NCBI GenBank assembly: GCA_964413085.1
Contig: CAYPRI010000001.1
Location: 719 to 64,718, forward strand
Origin: an uncultured Dehalococcoidales bacterium
GTDB taxonomy: Bacteria; Chloroflexota; Dehalococcoidia; GIF9; UBA5629
Reading direction: 5' to 3'
DNA length: 64,000 nt
The notes beneath the pieces are model-generated. The model was not told where the DNA came from, did no database searches, and saw only the letters and a program-made list of their open reading frames with translations. Position numbers and translations under genes: made by a program. Positions 9,977 to 21,182 of this stretch are shown one piece after another. Position 1 is the stretch's first letter; the number at the start of each line of letters is the position of its first letter.

Positions 9977-11185
9977 TTACTCGATGGTCGAATAACAGAA
10001 TTCCCAGGTTTTCTCTCCTGTTTTCACATTTATGCTGTATACACAGAAGTTGCCAGTGTGCACGAAAACAGTATCGCCATCAGCCAAGAGGGGAGCCCTC
10101 GATTGATAACCCAAATGAATAGATCGGACGAGTTCTCCGTTATCAGCGTCAATAACGTATATATCACCGATTTCTGAAGCTACCGCCAAAAGATTATCTG
10201 CCAGTACGGGTGTTGATACAATTGGTCCGTTGGCAGTAAATTGCCACTTCTGTTCACCGGTATTTGCGCTTATCGCATATACTTTATCATCCAAACAGCC
10301 CGCATAAACTGTATCATCCTTAACCACTGGAGTCGACCAGAACCAGTTACCCCCCTCAAAATTCCATCTCTCCTTACCGGTCGTTCGGTCGATTGCGTAC
10401 AAATGATTGTTAAAAGCGCCAACAAAAATACTGTCAGGCGAAAGCGCTGGCGATGAAGCAATGCTAGCCTGTAATTCTGTACTCCAAATCTGGCTCCCGT
10501 CGGTGCTCGATACAGCAAAAAGCTTTTTCTCGTAGTTACTGATATAAACAACATCACCATCAACCACAGGTGAAGTCCATATTTTTCCGCCTGTGTTAAA
10601 ATCCCATTTTTTCTCGCCATAGACTGCGTCTATAGCATAGAGTTTGCCGTCGGAACTACCAACAAACAGCGTGTTGCCAATCACCACAGGACTGCCCACA
10701 ATCGCGCCCATTTTATTGGCACCGCTTGGATACATCCATTCGCCTTTGGAGCGTTGTGGAACACCTTCATTATAGCCTGGAGCTAATCTATTTAAGGCCA
10801 CCAGCCTCCCAGTGTCTCCTGAGTAAATACCGACACAGAGCAGGTCACCGGTTATCACCGGCGTCGCATAAATACTTCCTACTGGCGCTGCTGGTGCACA
10901 GGCCGGGCCACATATCGTACCCGGAGTTCCCGTGCGAGGAAGTGTAAACACCCACTCCTTGGGGCCGGGGAAGGTCGCATTTTGACCTCGGGCTGCAATA
11001 TCGATGGCATAAACCTCACCATTTATGCCTCCGAAGTAAAGGATCCCATCACGTTCGGCAAAACCTGACCATCCCTGAAAAGTCGGGCCAGCACAGCCAA
11101 CAACCAGCAGGCTCAAAATAAGAAGACACGGTACAAGCTTTAGGAGTCTCTTGTTTTTTCCAAAAAATTTAATCACCAAATTCAT
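9977..11185 (-). CDS. PQQ/BamB-like beta-propeller repeat lipoprotein.
   Basis: Repeated 'LYAID/LFAVS ... DG..W' blades. Start chosen at ATG 11185 (MNLVIKFF...LLVVGC), which gives a lipobox-type signal peptide and avoids overlap with yidD. The track ORF starts at 11245. Confidence 0.7.
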   Translation of the reverse strand: MNLVIKFFGKNKRLLKLVPCLLILSLLVVGCAGPTFQGWSGFAERDGILYFGGINGEVYAIDIAARGQNATFPGPKEWVFTLPRTGTPGTICGPACAPAAPVGSIYATPVITGDLLCVGIYSGDTGRLVALNRLAPGYNEGVPQRSKGEWMYPSGANKMGAIVGSPVVIGNTLFVGSSDGKLYAIDAVYGEKKWDFNTGGKIWTSPVVDGDVVYISNYEKKLFAVSSTDGSQIWSTELQASIASSPALSPDSIFVGAFNNHLYAIDRTTGKERWNFEGGNWFWSTPVVKDDTVYAGCLDDKVYAISANTGEQKWQFTANGPIVSTPVLADNLLAVASEIGDIYVIDADNGELVRSIHLGYQSRAPLLADGDTVFVHTGNFCVYSINVKTGEKTWEFCYSTIE

Positions 11186-11202
11186 ATCAACACGTTCAGT
11201 TA

Positions 11203-11412
11203 TCATGGTACCGGGTCCAATCCACCTGCGGACCAGGGATGACAACGCCCAATACGTTTAGCTGCGAGCATACCCCCTTTTACGATACCATATTTCTGAA
11301 TTGCCTCATAGGCATAATGGGAACAGGTAGGTTGAAATCGACAGGCAGGTGGTAGAACCTGTGATATCGTGGATTGATACAGCTTAATTAATTCCAGCGC
11401 AAACTGCTTCAT
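11203..11412 (-). CDS. yidD: Membrane protein insertion efficiency factor YidD.
   Basis: 69 aa with the conserved CRFxPTCSxY and GRCHPW motifs. Confidence 0.8.
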   Translation of the reverse strand: MKQFALELIKLYQSTISQVLPPACRFQPTCSHYAYEAIQKYGIVKGGMLAAKRIGRCHPWSAGGLDPVP

Positions 11413-11743
11413 CTTTATTCATCAAATTAGCTCTACGTAAGAGCATTTCTACAGATTTCTTAAGTTCGTGATAATCGGCATTAACCGCTTCGGATCGTGC
11501 AATTAATACAATATCCCAGCCGGGTTTAACAGGTAATATGCGGCAAATTTCTTTCAGCAATCGCTTAATCCGATTGCGCACAACTGCCTTACCGATATTC
11601 TTGGTGATAGAAAAGCCATAACGGCTATATTCGCATTCGTTGGGCAATGCTTTCATAACAAGACGATTATCTACCCATGCCCTACCTGATTTATAAACAG
11701 CTAAATACTGGGCTCTTTTAGTCAAAGCCCATCTCTTTGTCAT
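11384..11743 (-). CDS. rnpA: RNase P protein component.
   Basis: 119 aa basic protein between rpmH and yidD. Confidence 0.8.
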   Translation of the reverse strand: MTKRWALTKRAQYLAVYKSGRAWVDNRLVMKALPNECEYSRYGFSITKNIGKAVVRNRIKRLLKEICRILPVKPGWDIVLIARSEAVNADYHELKKSVEMLLRRANLMNKDEAVCAGIN

Positions 11744-11747
11744 ACCG

Positions 11748-11888
11748 CTAAACTGGCGTCAATCGCCACCGCCCCTTAAGCCGCCTTGATTTTAAGACCT
11801 TCAGTCCTCCGGACGTCGCAGTCCTGGCCCGGAAGCCATGCTTTCTTTTTCTTGCCCTTTTCTTCGGCTGGTAAGTTCTTTTAGGCAC
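11748..11888 (-). CDS. rpmH: 50S ribosomal protein L34.
   Basis: My own translation (GTG start) gives [46 protein letters not shown]. It is under 60 aa, so it is absent from the ORF track. Confidence 0.75.
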   Translation of the reverse strand: MPKRTYQPKKRARKRKHGFRARTATSGGLKVLKSRRLKGRWRLTPV

Positions 11889-11907
11889 TCCATTCTCTCC
11901 AGAAAAT

Positions 11908-12201
11908 TTAAACTTTAGTTTCCGCTACTCTCTTTGGGCTGATGTGGTCGGGAGTATAAGGTAGCAACGCTAAATAGCGCGCTCTTTTTATGGCCAGGGC
12001 CAATCGTCGTTGGTGCTTGGCACAAACACCCGTTCTCCGGCGTGGCTCAATTCTGGCTCTGTCGGATATATAGCGACGCAGCTTGAAAGCGTCTTTATAA
12101 TCTATTTCACTTTTGTCGGCACAAAATGGGCACACTTTAGGCTTGAAAACAAAACGCCGCCCCTTCTCTCTTACGTCTTTGGTGCCCTCACCTTCCTCCA
12201 T
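11908..12201 (-). CDS. rpsR: 30S ribosomal protein S18.
   Basis: VCPFCADK...DYKD...[10 protein letters not shown] motif. Confidence 0.85.
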   Translation of the reverse strand: MEEGEGTKDVREKGRRFVFKPKVCPFCADKSEIDYKDAFKLRRYISDRARIEPRRRTGVCAKHQRRLALAIKRARYLALLPYTPDHISPKRVAETKV

Positions 12202-12238
12202 TATTTAATCTAAGCCTCCTTTTTATATTTAACACAAT

Positions 12239-12661
12239 TTAAAATGGCAAATCTTCAGGTTCGACTTCTTCCTCTGGTGCCTCTGTAGGAGCTTCTACAG
12301 GAGCTTCCTCGCCTGGCAACGGAGCCACAGTCTGTCTATCTAGAAATAGCACTCTATTGGCTATCACCTCCGCAGTAACACGCTTCTGGCCATCCCGCCC
12401 CTCCCAGGAGCGAGTCCGTAAGCTGCCCTCAACATAAACTCGCTGACCCTTATTTAGAAACTGATTGCAGCTTTCAGCCTGCTTTTTCCAGGCTACAATG
12501 GTGAACCACTCTGTTTCCTGTCTGCGTTCTCCCTCGGAAGTTGTATAGGTTCTGCTTGTTGCTACACGAAAAGAAGTTACCGGATTTCCATTCGCCGTAA
12601 AACGCATTTCCGGGTCAGTCCCAACGTTCCCGATAAGCATAATCTTATTTAAGCTCACCAT
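12239..12661 (-). CDS. ssb: Single-stranded DNA-binding protein.
   Basis: OB fold with an acidic C-terminal tail ending DLPF. Confidence 0.9.
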   Translation of the reverse strand: MVSLNKIMLIGNVGTDPEMRFTANGNPVTSFRVATSRTYTTSEGERRQETEWFTIVAWKKQAESCNQFLNKGQRVYVEGSLRTRSWEGRDGQKRVTAEVIANRVLFLDRQTVAPLPGEEAPVEAPTEAPEEEVEPEDLPF

Positions 12662-12677
12662 AACCCCCTCCTTACAC

Positions 12678-12965
12678 CTAGTCCGTTAATTTTACGAGCA
12701 GATGACGTAGGATTTTCCCGGAAAGCCTGAAACTGGCATCAAGGTCTTTGGTTACGTTGGGCTTAAGGTTGACCTTGCTGAGTACGTAGTTCCCTTCTGC
12801 AAACCTCTTTATTGGATAAGCCAGCTGCCTCTTGCCCCACTGATTGACTTCATCTACGGTTCCGCCGACCTTACCAATTAAATCACCAACCTTAGCGATG
12901 AAATCGGGCATTTCTTCATCGGTTACCTCAGGACTTATTATGAGTACTAGTTCATAGTTAGACAC
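12678..12965 (-). CDS. rpsF: 30S ribosomal protein S6.
   Basis: MSNYELVLIISPEV... with a GTG start. It sits in the rpsF-ssb-rpsR order. Confidence 0.85.
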   Translation of the reverse strand: MSNYELVLIISPEVTDEEMPDFIAKVGDLIGKVGGTVDEVNQWGKRQLAYPIKRFAEGNYVLSKVNLKPNVTKDLDASFRLSGKILRHLLVKLTD

Positions 12966-13100
12966 CTACATTACCCTCGAAGTTCAAAGTTTCGACATTA
13001 TAGCATATGGAACTGAACACTCACAAGTTCGTTGCCGAAGCTGAGGGTCTCTTGCAATTTGACCTCGTCTGGCTTATATTTTGCTTGTGAGGGAACCGAT

Positions 13101-14201
13101 TTGGAAATCTGCATCATCGGTCTGCCAAAAAGCGGTAAGACAACCATTTTTAACGTCTTAACCAAGGGAAAAGCTGATACTACTACCTTCGCCACAACCA
13201 GCCTCACCCCTAATATTGGCATATCCAAGGTACCGGAACCAAGACTTCAGGCGTTGGAAAAAATATTTCACCCGAAAAAAGTAATACCTGCGGAAGTCAA
13301 ATACGTAGATATCGTTGGCATAGCCAAGGAATTCGGTAAAGGGGAAGGAATAGGAGGTCAGTTCCTGAACTATCTAAGCAACGCGGATGCACTGATACAT
13401 GTTGTCCGTTCTTTCCCCGATGACAATGTGCCGCACATCCAGGGCGATATCAGTCCCAAGCGAGATATAGCAACAATGAACCTGGAACTCGTTTTCTCAG
13501 ACCTGGCTATAATTGAGAGGAGGCTAAAGCGGCTGGAGGATTCATTAAAAGGAGCCAAACAAGCAGAACGCGACCCGCTACTAAAAGAGCAATCTTTACT
13601 TCAAAGAATTAAGTCGGAATTAGAAAAAGAAGTCCCAATCTGGCATCAAAGCTTAACCGACGAAGAAATGAAAAGTTTGACTAATTACCAGTTTCTCACC
13701 GCGAAACCCATGCTTATCGTTATTAACATCGGAGAAAACCAGCTCGGGCAAGATAAGACTATGGAGGCGGAGATACGCTCAGCCTATTCTCATTCCTTAT
13801 TCGAAGTGGTCGCTATTTGCGGCAAGCTGGAAATGGAACTAACACAGTTGAGCGATAGCGATAGTATAGAATTTAGAAAAGCCCTAGGGCTGGTAGAACC
13901 CGCCGTCGATCGCATCATCGGACTTTCGTATCAACTGCTGGGATTAATCTCCTTTTTTACTACCGTCTCAGAGGAATTAAAAGCATGGACAATTACCAGA
14001 GGAACATCGGCAGTGAAGGCTGCAGGAAAAATCCATACTGATATGGAGAAGGGATTTATCCGAGCAGAAGTAGTAAATTTCAATGACCTCAATAAATGCG
14101 GCAGCCTAGCCGAGGCGCGGAAACACGGGGTCCTCAGACTCGAAGGTAAGAATTATACAGTGCAGGACGGAGACATAATAACTTTTCTTTTCAATGTTTA
14201 G
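13101..14201 (+). CDS. ychF: Ribosome-binding ATPase YchF (Obg-family GTPase with a TGS domain).
   Basis: P-loop GLPKSGKTT and a C-terminal TGS domain. Start proposed at in-frame TTG 13101 behind GAGGGA; the track ORF starts at 13032. Confidence 0.8.
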   Translation: MEICIIGLPKSGKTTIFNVLTKGKADTTTFATTSLTPNIGISKVPEPRLQALEKIFHPKKVIPAEVKYVDIVGIAKEFGKGEGIGGQFLNYLSNADALIHVVRSFPDDNVPHIQGDISPKRDIATMNLELVFSDLAIIERRLKRLEDSLKGAKQAERDPLLKEQSLLQRIKSELEKEVPIWHQSLTDEEMKSLTNYQFLTAKPMLIVINIGENQLGQDKTMEAEIRSAYSHSLFEVVAICGKLEMELTQLSDSDSIEFRKALGLVEPAVDRIIGLSYQLLGLISFFTTVSEELKAWTITRGTSAVKAAGKIHTDMEKGFIRAEVVNFNDLNKCGSLAEARKHGVLRLEGKNYTVQDGDIITFLFNV

Positions 14202-14326
14202 GGCAATCCTTCCGGCTCTGAAAAAAGTGGTTTTTATGAAGACTAAGTCACCGCAATTCCTATCTTAAATATCACTATTTTCTGGTATAATATGACAACG
14301 TGGCCAATCTACAAACAAGGAGAGGT

Positions 14327-16594
14327 ATGCAGCAAGGGACAAAAAATATTGTTTGGTTCCATGAAGTAACCAAGGTTGACATCCCACTGGTCGGAGGTAA
14401 AGGAGCTAATCTGGGGGAGATGGCAAATGCTCAAATCCCCGTACCTCCAGGTTTCATTGTAACAGCGCGAGCATATTTTAAATTTCTGCGAGACGCTGGC
14501 TTGACAGAGGAAATCCGCCGCTGTCTGGAAAATTTAGATGTAAACGATAGCAGGAAGCTCCAGGAGGTAGCTGATCTTGTAAAAGAAAAAATCTCCAACG
14601 CGCCAATACCTGCTGATATGGTAAAGGAGATGAAGGAAGCTTACCACGAACTGGGTGAGGGATTGGTGGCAGTGCGCTCATCGGCTACAGCTGAGGATTT
14701 ACCGGATGCTTCTTTCGCTGGACAGCAACGCACTTTTCTTAATATCCAGGGAGAGGACGATGTAGTGGCAGCGATACAGGGTTGCTGGGGTTCCCTGTTT
14801 GAACCAAGAGCCATATTTTACAGGCAAGAGCAGGGCTTCGACCATTTCAAGGTCGGTATCGCCGTGCCCGTACAGAAGATGATTCAGTCGGAAGCATCCG
14901 GTGTTATGTTCACTGTCGAGCCATTGAGTAACGATTCTAGCAAGATACTTATAGAAGCCATCTTCGGACTTGGTGAGTCCATCGTGTCAGGCGACGTAAC
15001 ACCTGACCAATATTTATTAAATAAAAATGACATAACAATTATCGATAAGAAAGTTCACAGGCAGGAGTGGCAACTGGTTATTAATCCCAAAGCAGCCTCG
15101 GGCGACCTCGAATCAAACGTCAAAATACCCGTCCCCGCGGCCAAACAGGACAGGCAAAAGCTGTCCGATAAAGACATCGTCGCCATGGCCAAACTTGGGA
15201 AGATGATAGAAGACCATTATCAGTTCCCACAAGATATCGAGTGGGCAAAGCAGGGAACGCAGCTCTTTATTCTTCAGACCAGACCGATTACAACCTTAAA
15301 ACCTAAACTGGACATCAAGGTTCTCCCCAAGATAGAGGCCCGCGCTATATTGACCGGCGTTGCTGCTAGCCCGGGCATAGCTGTTGGTCCCGTAAAAATT
15401 GTACCTCTGGCCTCGGAGATAGATAAGGTCAAGAATGGTGATGTTCTGGTCGCAGAAATGACGACTCCTGATTTCGTGCCGGCAATGAAGCGGGCATCGG
15501 CCATAGTTACAGATAGAGGCGGTAGGACAGCCCATGCTGCCATTGTCAGCCGAGAGTTAGGCATCCCCTGTGTGGTCGGTACGGAGGTAGCCACAAAAAC
15601 GCTTAAAGACGGCCAGGAGATTACGGTGGATGGCTCCGAAGGCAGGGTATACTCCGGTAAAGTATCAGAGCCCACAAAGTCTGCACCTGCTACTATCTCT
15701 TCGGAACGGCTTAAGACTAAAACCAGGGTCTACGTAAATCTCGCGGAACCAGAACTGGCAGAGGGTATAGCCGCCCGGCACGTAGACGGCGTTGGCCTCC
15801 TTAGAGCTGAGTTTATGATTGCGCAGATTGGAGGGCATCCCCGATACATGTTACACGAAGGTAAAGGCGAACAATTCATGGAAATGCTGGCTAGAGGCAT
15901 TTCTACGTTTACCAAAGCCTTCTACCCCAGGCCTGTCGTTTACCGGACAACCGATTTCAAAACCAATGAATATAGAAACTTAAAGGGCGGTGACAGGTAC
16001 GAGGACTTTGAAGAAAATCCGATGATTGGCTTTAGAGGCTGTTCACGGTACAACAGAGAAACTGAGGTTTTTAGACTTGAGGTGGACACGATTAAGAAGG
16101 TATGCCAGTCCTACGACAATTTATACGTGATGATCCCATTTGTCCGCTTCGTGGAGGAACTAGCCCGGATAAAAAGGTTCTTCGTAGCCGAGGGATTGTA
16201 CCAATTTCCGAATTTCAAGTTGTGGATGATGGCTGAGGTGCCATCCAATGTCTTCCTTATAGACAAGTTCTTAGATGTTGGTATCGATGGTATATCTATC
16301 GGTTCCAACGACCTGACACAGCTGATTCTGGGTATAGACCGCGACAATCCCAAGCTAGCCCCTGAATTCGATGAAAGAAACGAAGCGGTACTTATTGCCT
16401 TAGAAAAACTTATTAAAGCTGCTGTCAGTAAAGGCACAACGGCCTCAATTTGCGGCCAGGCACCTTCGGTTTATCCGGAACTAACCGAGAAACTGGTAAA
16501 GTGGGGCATCACCTCAGTTTCGGTGAGCCCCGATATGATTGATGAAACAAGACGAATAATTGCTGCTGTTGAAGCCAAACTTGGCCAATCATAG
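14327..16594 (+). CDS. ppsA: Phosphoenolpyruvate synthase (pyruvate, water dikinase).
   Basis: GGKGANLGEM, the swivelling His domain (TDRGGRTAHAAIVSRELGIPCVVG) and a PEP-utilising C-terminal domain. ATG 14327 follows RBS AAGGAGAGG, and TGGTATAAT (extended -10) lies at 14283-14291. Confidence 0.85.
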   Translation: MQQGTKNIVWFHEVTKVDIPLVGGKGANLGEMANAQIPVPPGFIVTARAYFKFLRDAGLTEEIRRCLENLDVNDSRKLQEVADLVKEKISNAPIPADMVKEMKEAYHELGEGLVAVRSSATAEDLPDASFAGQQRTFLNIQGEDDVVAAIQGCWGSLFEPRAIFYRQEQGFDHFKVGIAVPVQKMIQSEASGVMFTVEPLSNDSSKILIEAIFGLGESIVSGDVTPDQYLLNKNDITIIDKKVHRQEWQLVINPKAASGDLESNVKIPVPAAKQDRQKLSDKDIVAMAKLGKMIEDHYQFPQDIEWAKQGTQLFILQTRPITTLKPKLDIKVLPKIEARAILTGVAASPGIAVGPVKIVPLASEIDKVKNGDVLVAEMTTPDFVPAMKRASAIVTDRGGRTAHAAIVSRELGIPCVVGTEVATKTLKDGQEITVDGSEGRVYSGKVSEPTKSAPATISSERLKTKTRVYVNLAEPELAEGIAARHVDGVGLLRAEFMIAQIGGHPRYMLHEGKGEQFMEMLARGISTFTKAFYPRPVVYRTTDFKTNEYRNLKGGDRYEDFEENPMIGFRGCSRYNRETEVFRLEVDTIKKVCQSYDNLYVMIPFVRFVEELARIKRFFVAEGLYQFPNFKLWMMAEVPSNVFLIDKFLDVGIDGISIGSNDLTQLILGIDRDNPKLAPEFDERNEAVLIALEKLIKAAVSKGTTASICGQAPSVYPELTEKLVKWGITSVSVSPDMIDETRRIIAAVEAKLGQS

Positions 16595-16627
16595 CCTCGC
16601 CTCATGGCGTAAAGCAAGAACTTAGTT

Positions 16628-17707
16628 TTGATGGTCAACTTAAACATTCGGCAGCGTATAGAGGAATCTGAAAACAGGCTTTCTCCCTATGCATGTAAAA
16701 GCAAGCTCACTCGTGGCAGACTCCGGTGGGAGGAGCCTTCGTCACTTCGAACAGATTTCCAGCGGGATCGCGACCGGATAATTTACTCCAACGCATTCCG
16801 CCGCCTTAAACATAAAACTCAGGTCTTCATTGCTCCCCTGGGCGACCATTATGTGACCAGGCTGACACATACCTTGGAGGTATCACAGATTGCCCGGACT
16901 ATATCTCGGGCTCTTAACCTCAACGAAGATTTGACCGAGGCGATAGCTTTAGGACACGATTTGGGCCATACGCCTTTCGGCCACATTGGTGAGCAGGTAT
17001 TAAACGAACTTAATCCCGGCGGATTCAAGCACAATGAGCAAAGCCTCAGAGTCGTAGATTTACTGGAAAAAGATGGGAAAGGACTGAATCTAACCTGGGA
17101 GGTTAGAGACGGCATCCTCAATCATTCCAAAGGGGGAATTCAGGTACTCGGACAAGGATGGGCCGAAGTCGGGACTGTCGAGGGGCAGGTGGTTAAGATG
17201 GCTGATATCGTTGCTTATGTCAATCATGACATTGAGGATGCGATCCGGGCGGGAGTTATTCTGGAAAATGAGCTGCCGGCGTCAGCAGTAGAACTACTGG
17301 GCAAGACCACGAGCCAGAGGATAAACACGCTAGTTTGTGACATCGTGGGCTATTCTTTGTCTTCGATGGAAACTGGATCCAAAGGGCCGATTATTGGGAT
17401 GAGTGAAAATATACTGAAGGCAACTAATGAACTGCGTGAGTTTCTCTTTGACAAGGTGTATAATCCAAGCCTGGCCGGCAAGGACACGGCCAAAGCGAGA
17501 AGAATAATACATCTCCTCTATTCGTACTTTCTGAAAAACCAGAGGCAATTACCGGCAGAATATGCTTACAGAGATGATTCGGTGGAGAGGAAGGTTACCG
17601 ATTACATTGCCGGCATGACCGATCAATACGCATTGAGGACATCCAGGGAAATTAAGCGAGAAAACAAAAATCATAAACCATCAAAACTTCAAAACGTTCC
17701 ATTTTAA
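16628..17707 (+). CDS. dgt: dGTP triphosphohydrolase-like HD-domain phosphohydrolase.
   Basis: HD motif (HTLEVSQIARTI...GHDLGHTPFGH); conserved dgt-dnaG-rpoD order. Confidence 0.75.
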   Translation: MMVNLNIRQRIEESENRLSPYACKSKLTRGRLRWEEPSSLRTDFQRDRDRIIYSNAFRRLKHKTQVFIAPLGDHYVTRLTHTLEVSQIARTISRALNLNEDLTEAIALGHDLGHTPFGHIGEQVLNELNPGGFKHNEQSLRVVDLLEKDGKGLNLTWEVRDGILNHSKGGIQVLGQGWAEVGTVEGQVVKMADIVAYVNHDIEDAIRAGVILENELPASAVELLGKTTSQRINTLVCDIVGYSLSSMETGSKGPIIGMSENILKATNELREFLFDKVYNPSLAGKDTAKARRIIHLLYSYFLKNQRQLPAEYAYRDDSVERKVTDYIAGMTDQYALRTSREIKRENKNHKPSKLQNVPF

Positions 17708-17712
17708 ATAAA

Positions 17713-19575
17713 ATGAGTGCAATTGACGAGGTCAAGCAGAGACTGGACATTGTTCAGGTTGTCTCTGAGTATGTGAAATTACAGAAATCAGGTAAAAACT
17801 ATAAATCGGCATGCCCATTTCACTCCGAGAAGAATCCTTCATTCTTTGTCTTCCCTGACCGTCAGAGTTGGCATTGCTTTGGCGCGTGTGGCACCGGAGG
17901 CGATATTTTTTCATTTGTCATGAAAAAAGAGGACGTCGACTTCCCACAGGCGCTTCGACTTCTAGCCAACAAAGCAGGCGTACCCCTGGATGACCAGACC
18001 AGCTCACAACGTCAGTCCCAGAATAAAGAACGCGAAATTTTATTTGAAATTAACGAAGCTGCCGCTGGATATTATCATCACCTGCTACTGAATGCCTCTT
18101 CAGCAAAAGCAGCGAGGAATTATATAGGCGGACGCGGCCTATCCAATGAGACAATCAAAGACTTTCAAATAGGCTTTGCTCCCGAGGGCTGGGAAACTAT
18201 CAAGCAATACTTGAAAAACAAAGGATATGAAGAAAAAGAGCTACTCGCCGCTGGTCTGCTGGTTCAGCGAGAGGATGGCAGTAATTACGATCGATTTAGA
18301 AACCGTTTGATGTTCCCTATTAGAAACATCCAGGGCCAGGTAACGGGATTTGGCGGTAGAGCTTTAGACGATTCGTTACCTAAGTACCTCAACTCTCCCC
18401 AAACATTAGTTTTCGACAAGAGCGGCAGCCTTTACGGGATAGACCGCGCTAAAACGACAATCCGTCAAAATAACCAAGCTGTAATAGTAGAAGGCTATAT
18501 GGATGTCCTGATAGCCCAGCAATACGGATACGGAAACGTCATAGCTTCTATGGGGACAGCCATGACCGATAAACAGCTTACTATTCTCAAGAGCTTGACC
18601 CGAAATTTAATTCTGGCTCTGGACGCCGATGCCGCCGGAGAAGAAGCCGTATCACGGAGCGGCGAGATGGTAGATAAGATGCTGCCCGTACCCCCTTCAT
18701 TCTACGGCTGGGTTAAGTATGAAGACGCTCACAAAGCCGAAGTTAGGATTATGATATTACCCTCAGGCAAAGATCCTGACGAAGTAATTATAGCCGACAC
18801 GAAACACTGGCAAAAGATGATAACCGATGCCAAACCTATGGTCGACTTCATTTTCGAGAGCGCAGCTGCAAAAATAGATACCACCAGCGCTAGAGATAAG
18901 TCCACAATTGTTGAGAAGCTCCTACCACTGCTTAACGAGATGAAAGATCCGATTCGACAGGCGCATTATCTGGAAAGGCTCGCCAGGTTACTGAAAGTCG
19001 ATGAACACTTTTTAAGCGATACAATGAGGAAATTCAAAGCCTTGGACAAGAAACGAAGATGGACAGCAGGTACAAGACCTTTGGCACCTGTCTCTACCCC
19101 AATCTCCTCATCGAGCCCCCTGGAACAATATTGTCTGGCATTATTACTTCAATATCCTGAGCTTAAATTAGAATGCACAGCCCTATCACCAGACCATTTC
19201 GAAAATACGGAAAATCGGGAGCTATTTAGCAAGTGGCAGAATTCCGAAGATGTTGATGGCTTTATCCAAAGCCTGGACAGCGCTCTTGTAGAATACGCAA
19301 ATAACCTTATGTCAAGAGCGTTTCCAGCAATTATAACGGAAAACGAGTCCGTCAGACGTCAAACGATTGAAGACTGTGCTATCCGTCTTCAGGAGAGAAG
19401 GTTAAGGAGCCTGGAGGCACAGAGGCAGGAGCTACTATCTATCGAGGCGGAAACTGGCGGAACAGCAGCGCAATTAGCTAAACTTGAGGAACAAGGATTG
19501 GAAATAGCGAAACAACTTCAAGAGATATTCGTTAAGCAAAATCAACGGCATCGGCGGGTAAAGAGTGATGCGTAA
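17713..19575 (+). CDS. dnaG: DNA primase.
   Basis: Zinc-ribbon [11 protein letters not shown] and a TOPRIM domain (EGYMDV). Confidence 0.9.
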   Translation: MSAIDEVKQRLDIVQVVSEYVKLQKSGKNYKSACPFHSEKNPSFFVFPDRQSWHCFGACGTGGDIFSFVMKKEDVDFPQALRLLANKAGVPLDDQTSSQRQSQNKEREILFEINEAAAGYYHHLLLNASSAKAARNYIGGRGLSNETIKDFQIGFAPEGWETIKQYLKNKGYEEKELLAAGLLVQREDGSNYDRFRNRLMFPIRNIQGQVTGFGGRALDDSLPKYLNSPQTLVFDKSGSLYGIDRAKTTIRQNNQAVIVEGYMDVLIAQQYGYGNVIASMGTAMTDKQLTILKSLTRNLILALDADAAGEEAVSRSGEMVDKMLPVPPSFYGWVKYEDAHKAEVRIMILPSGKDPDEVIIADTKHWQKMITDAKPMVDFIFESAAAKIDTTSARDKSTIVEKLLPLLNEMKDPIRQAHYLERLARLLKVDEHFLSDTMRKFKALDKKRRWTAGTRPLAPVSTPISSSSPLEQYCLALLLQYPELKLECTALSPDHFENTENRELFSKWQNSEDVDGFIQSLDSALVEYANNLMSRAFPAIITENESVRRQTIEDCAIRLQERRLRSLEAQRQELLSIEAETGGTAAQLAKLEEQGLEIAKQLQEIFVKQNQRHRRVKSDA

Positions 19576-21146
19576 TGGGTGCTAGTACAGAAGACGAGCT
19601 ATTATCTTACTTTCCCAAAAAGGGGAAAAATGATTCGAGTGCAAAGAACACCCGGGCTGCGGGTTCTCGTAGCGCAACTGAGGACGAAACTGCACGGGGT
19701 AATCTGGTTAAATTCGGGACGGCAAAGGACAGTGCCGGCCTGACTTTTCCGTGGGAGAATGAAGAAACTCCTGAACTTGAATATGAACTGGCAGCAGGCA
19801 AAGAGGAAAAAGAAGATATCGGCCAGCTTGACCTGGAAATAGAACCGGTTGAACATGAAACCATAGATGATCCAGTTCGTATGTATCTTCACGAAATAGG
19901 CAAGGTTCCACTGCTTACCGCGGACGATGAGAAGACATTAGCCAGCAAAATAGAGGAAGCCAAATACCTCGAGAGAATCGAGGAGTTGTATCTTGAGCGT
20001 AACGGCGAGTATCCCTCCCTAGTTGATACGATAATATATATGCTCCGACACTTACTGGCAACTCGAACACTGGTGAAAGCTCTGGTAAGGGCACTCAAGA
20101 TAACGCCTACGGACAGTTTCTTTAAGAGCCTGAGCGATCCAAAATTACGAGACGCCATTGACGCTAACCTGAATCAAGAACTTGTAGAAGCTGTTGCCAG
20201 GTCCACACGTAAAAATGCCGCTCTGGTCGAGCAGGGGCTGGTAGTCCTTTCCACATTAAGCCGATTGCTACCGGCAGAATTACACAAAATCATGTCGGAT
20301 AAAACCACGTGGAAGCAGTTAGAATCCATAATCGGCAATCGCGTAAGTCGCAAATTACTATCACAGCTTCATGAACATAGTCAGCAATTTAGAAGTCACT
20401 TTAATAGAGTCAAGAGAACTGCCAGGAAAGCGGAGAGACATCTTACAGAAGCTAATTTACGCCTCGTTGTCAGCGTTGCCAAGAAGTACGTGGGACACGG
20501 AATGCCGCTTCTTGATCTTATTCAGGAAGGAAACATAGGATTAGTACGCGCCGTCGAGAAATTTGAATACAGAAAAGGATATAAATTTAGCACTTATGCC
20601 ACCTGGTGGATCAGACAGGCAATTACTCGAGCCATAGCCGATCAGGCTCGTACCATCCGTATACCGGTGCACATGGTGGAGACAATTAATAGATTACTCA
20701 AAGTAAATCGTCGTTTGGCTCAGGAGTACGGTCGGGAACCTAGCTATGAAGAAATAGGCAAGGGCATGGAAATATCCTCTGATAGAGTGAGAGAAATCTT
20801 GAAGCTGTCACAAATGCCCATATCCCTGGAAATGCCCATAGGTGAGGAGGAAGACAGTCACCTGGGGGATTTCATTGAAGATAAGGCCACTCCACCACCG
20901 GCGGATGCCGCCTCACAAGAATTACTAAAAGCACAGCTAAATAAGATACTATCCGAGCTCACAGACCGAGAAAGAAGAGTTATTTTACTAAGATTCGGGC
21001 TTGAGGACGGGCGAGCTCGCACCTTGGAAGAAGTCGGTAAGGAGTTTAATGTGACGCGAGAACGAATCCGTCAAATAGAAGCCAAAGCGCTCAGAAAATT
21101 ACGCCATCCCAGCCGCAGCCGTAAGTTAAAAGACTATCTGGAATAA
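19575..21146 (+). CDS. rpoD: RNA polymerase sigma-70 factor RpoD (primary sigma).
   Basis: Regions 2-4 ([27 protein letters not shown]; region 4 HTH). Its ATG overlaps the dnaG stop codon. Confidence 0.9.
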   Translation: MGASTEDELLSYFPKKGKNDSSAKNTRAAGSRSATEDETARGNLVKFGTAKDSAGLTFPWENEETPELEYELAAGKEEKEDIGQLDLEIEPVEHETIDDPVRMYLHEIGKVPLLTADDEKTLASKIEEAKYLERIEELYLERNGEYPSLVDTIIYMLRHLLATRTLVKALVRALKITPTDSFFKSLSDPKLRDAIDANLNQELVEAVARSTRKNAALVEQGLVVLSTLSRLLPAELHKIMSDKTTWKQLESIIGNRVSRKLLSQLHEHSQQFRSHFNRVKRTARKAERHLTEANLRLVVSVAKKYVGHGMPLLDLIQEGNIGLVRAVEKFEYRKGYKFSTYATWWIRQAITRAIADQARTIRIPVHMVETINRLLKVNRRLAQEYGREPSYEEIGKGMEISSDRVREILKLSQMPISLEMPIGEEEDSHLGDFIEDKATPPPADAASQELLKAQLNKILSELTDRERRVILLRFGLEDGRARTLEEVGKEFNVTRERIRQIEAKALRKLRHPSRSRKLKDYLE

Positions 21147-21182
21147 TTCAGTAGTTATCTGAATATAACCAGGAGGAATCAA

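Noticed and set aside
12966-13100. Possible oriC or DnaA-box cluster between rpsF and ychF.
   Set aside because: I could not find any TTATCCACA-like 9-mers there or elsewhere in the window.
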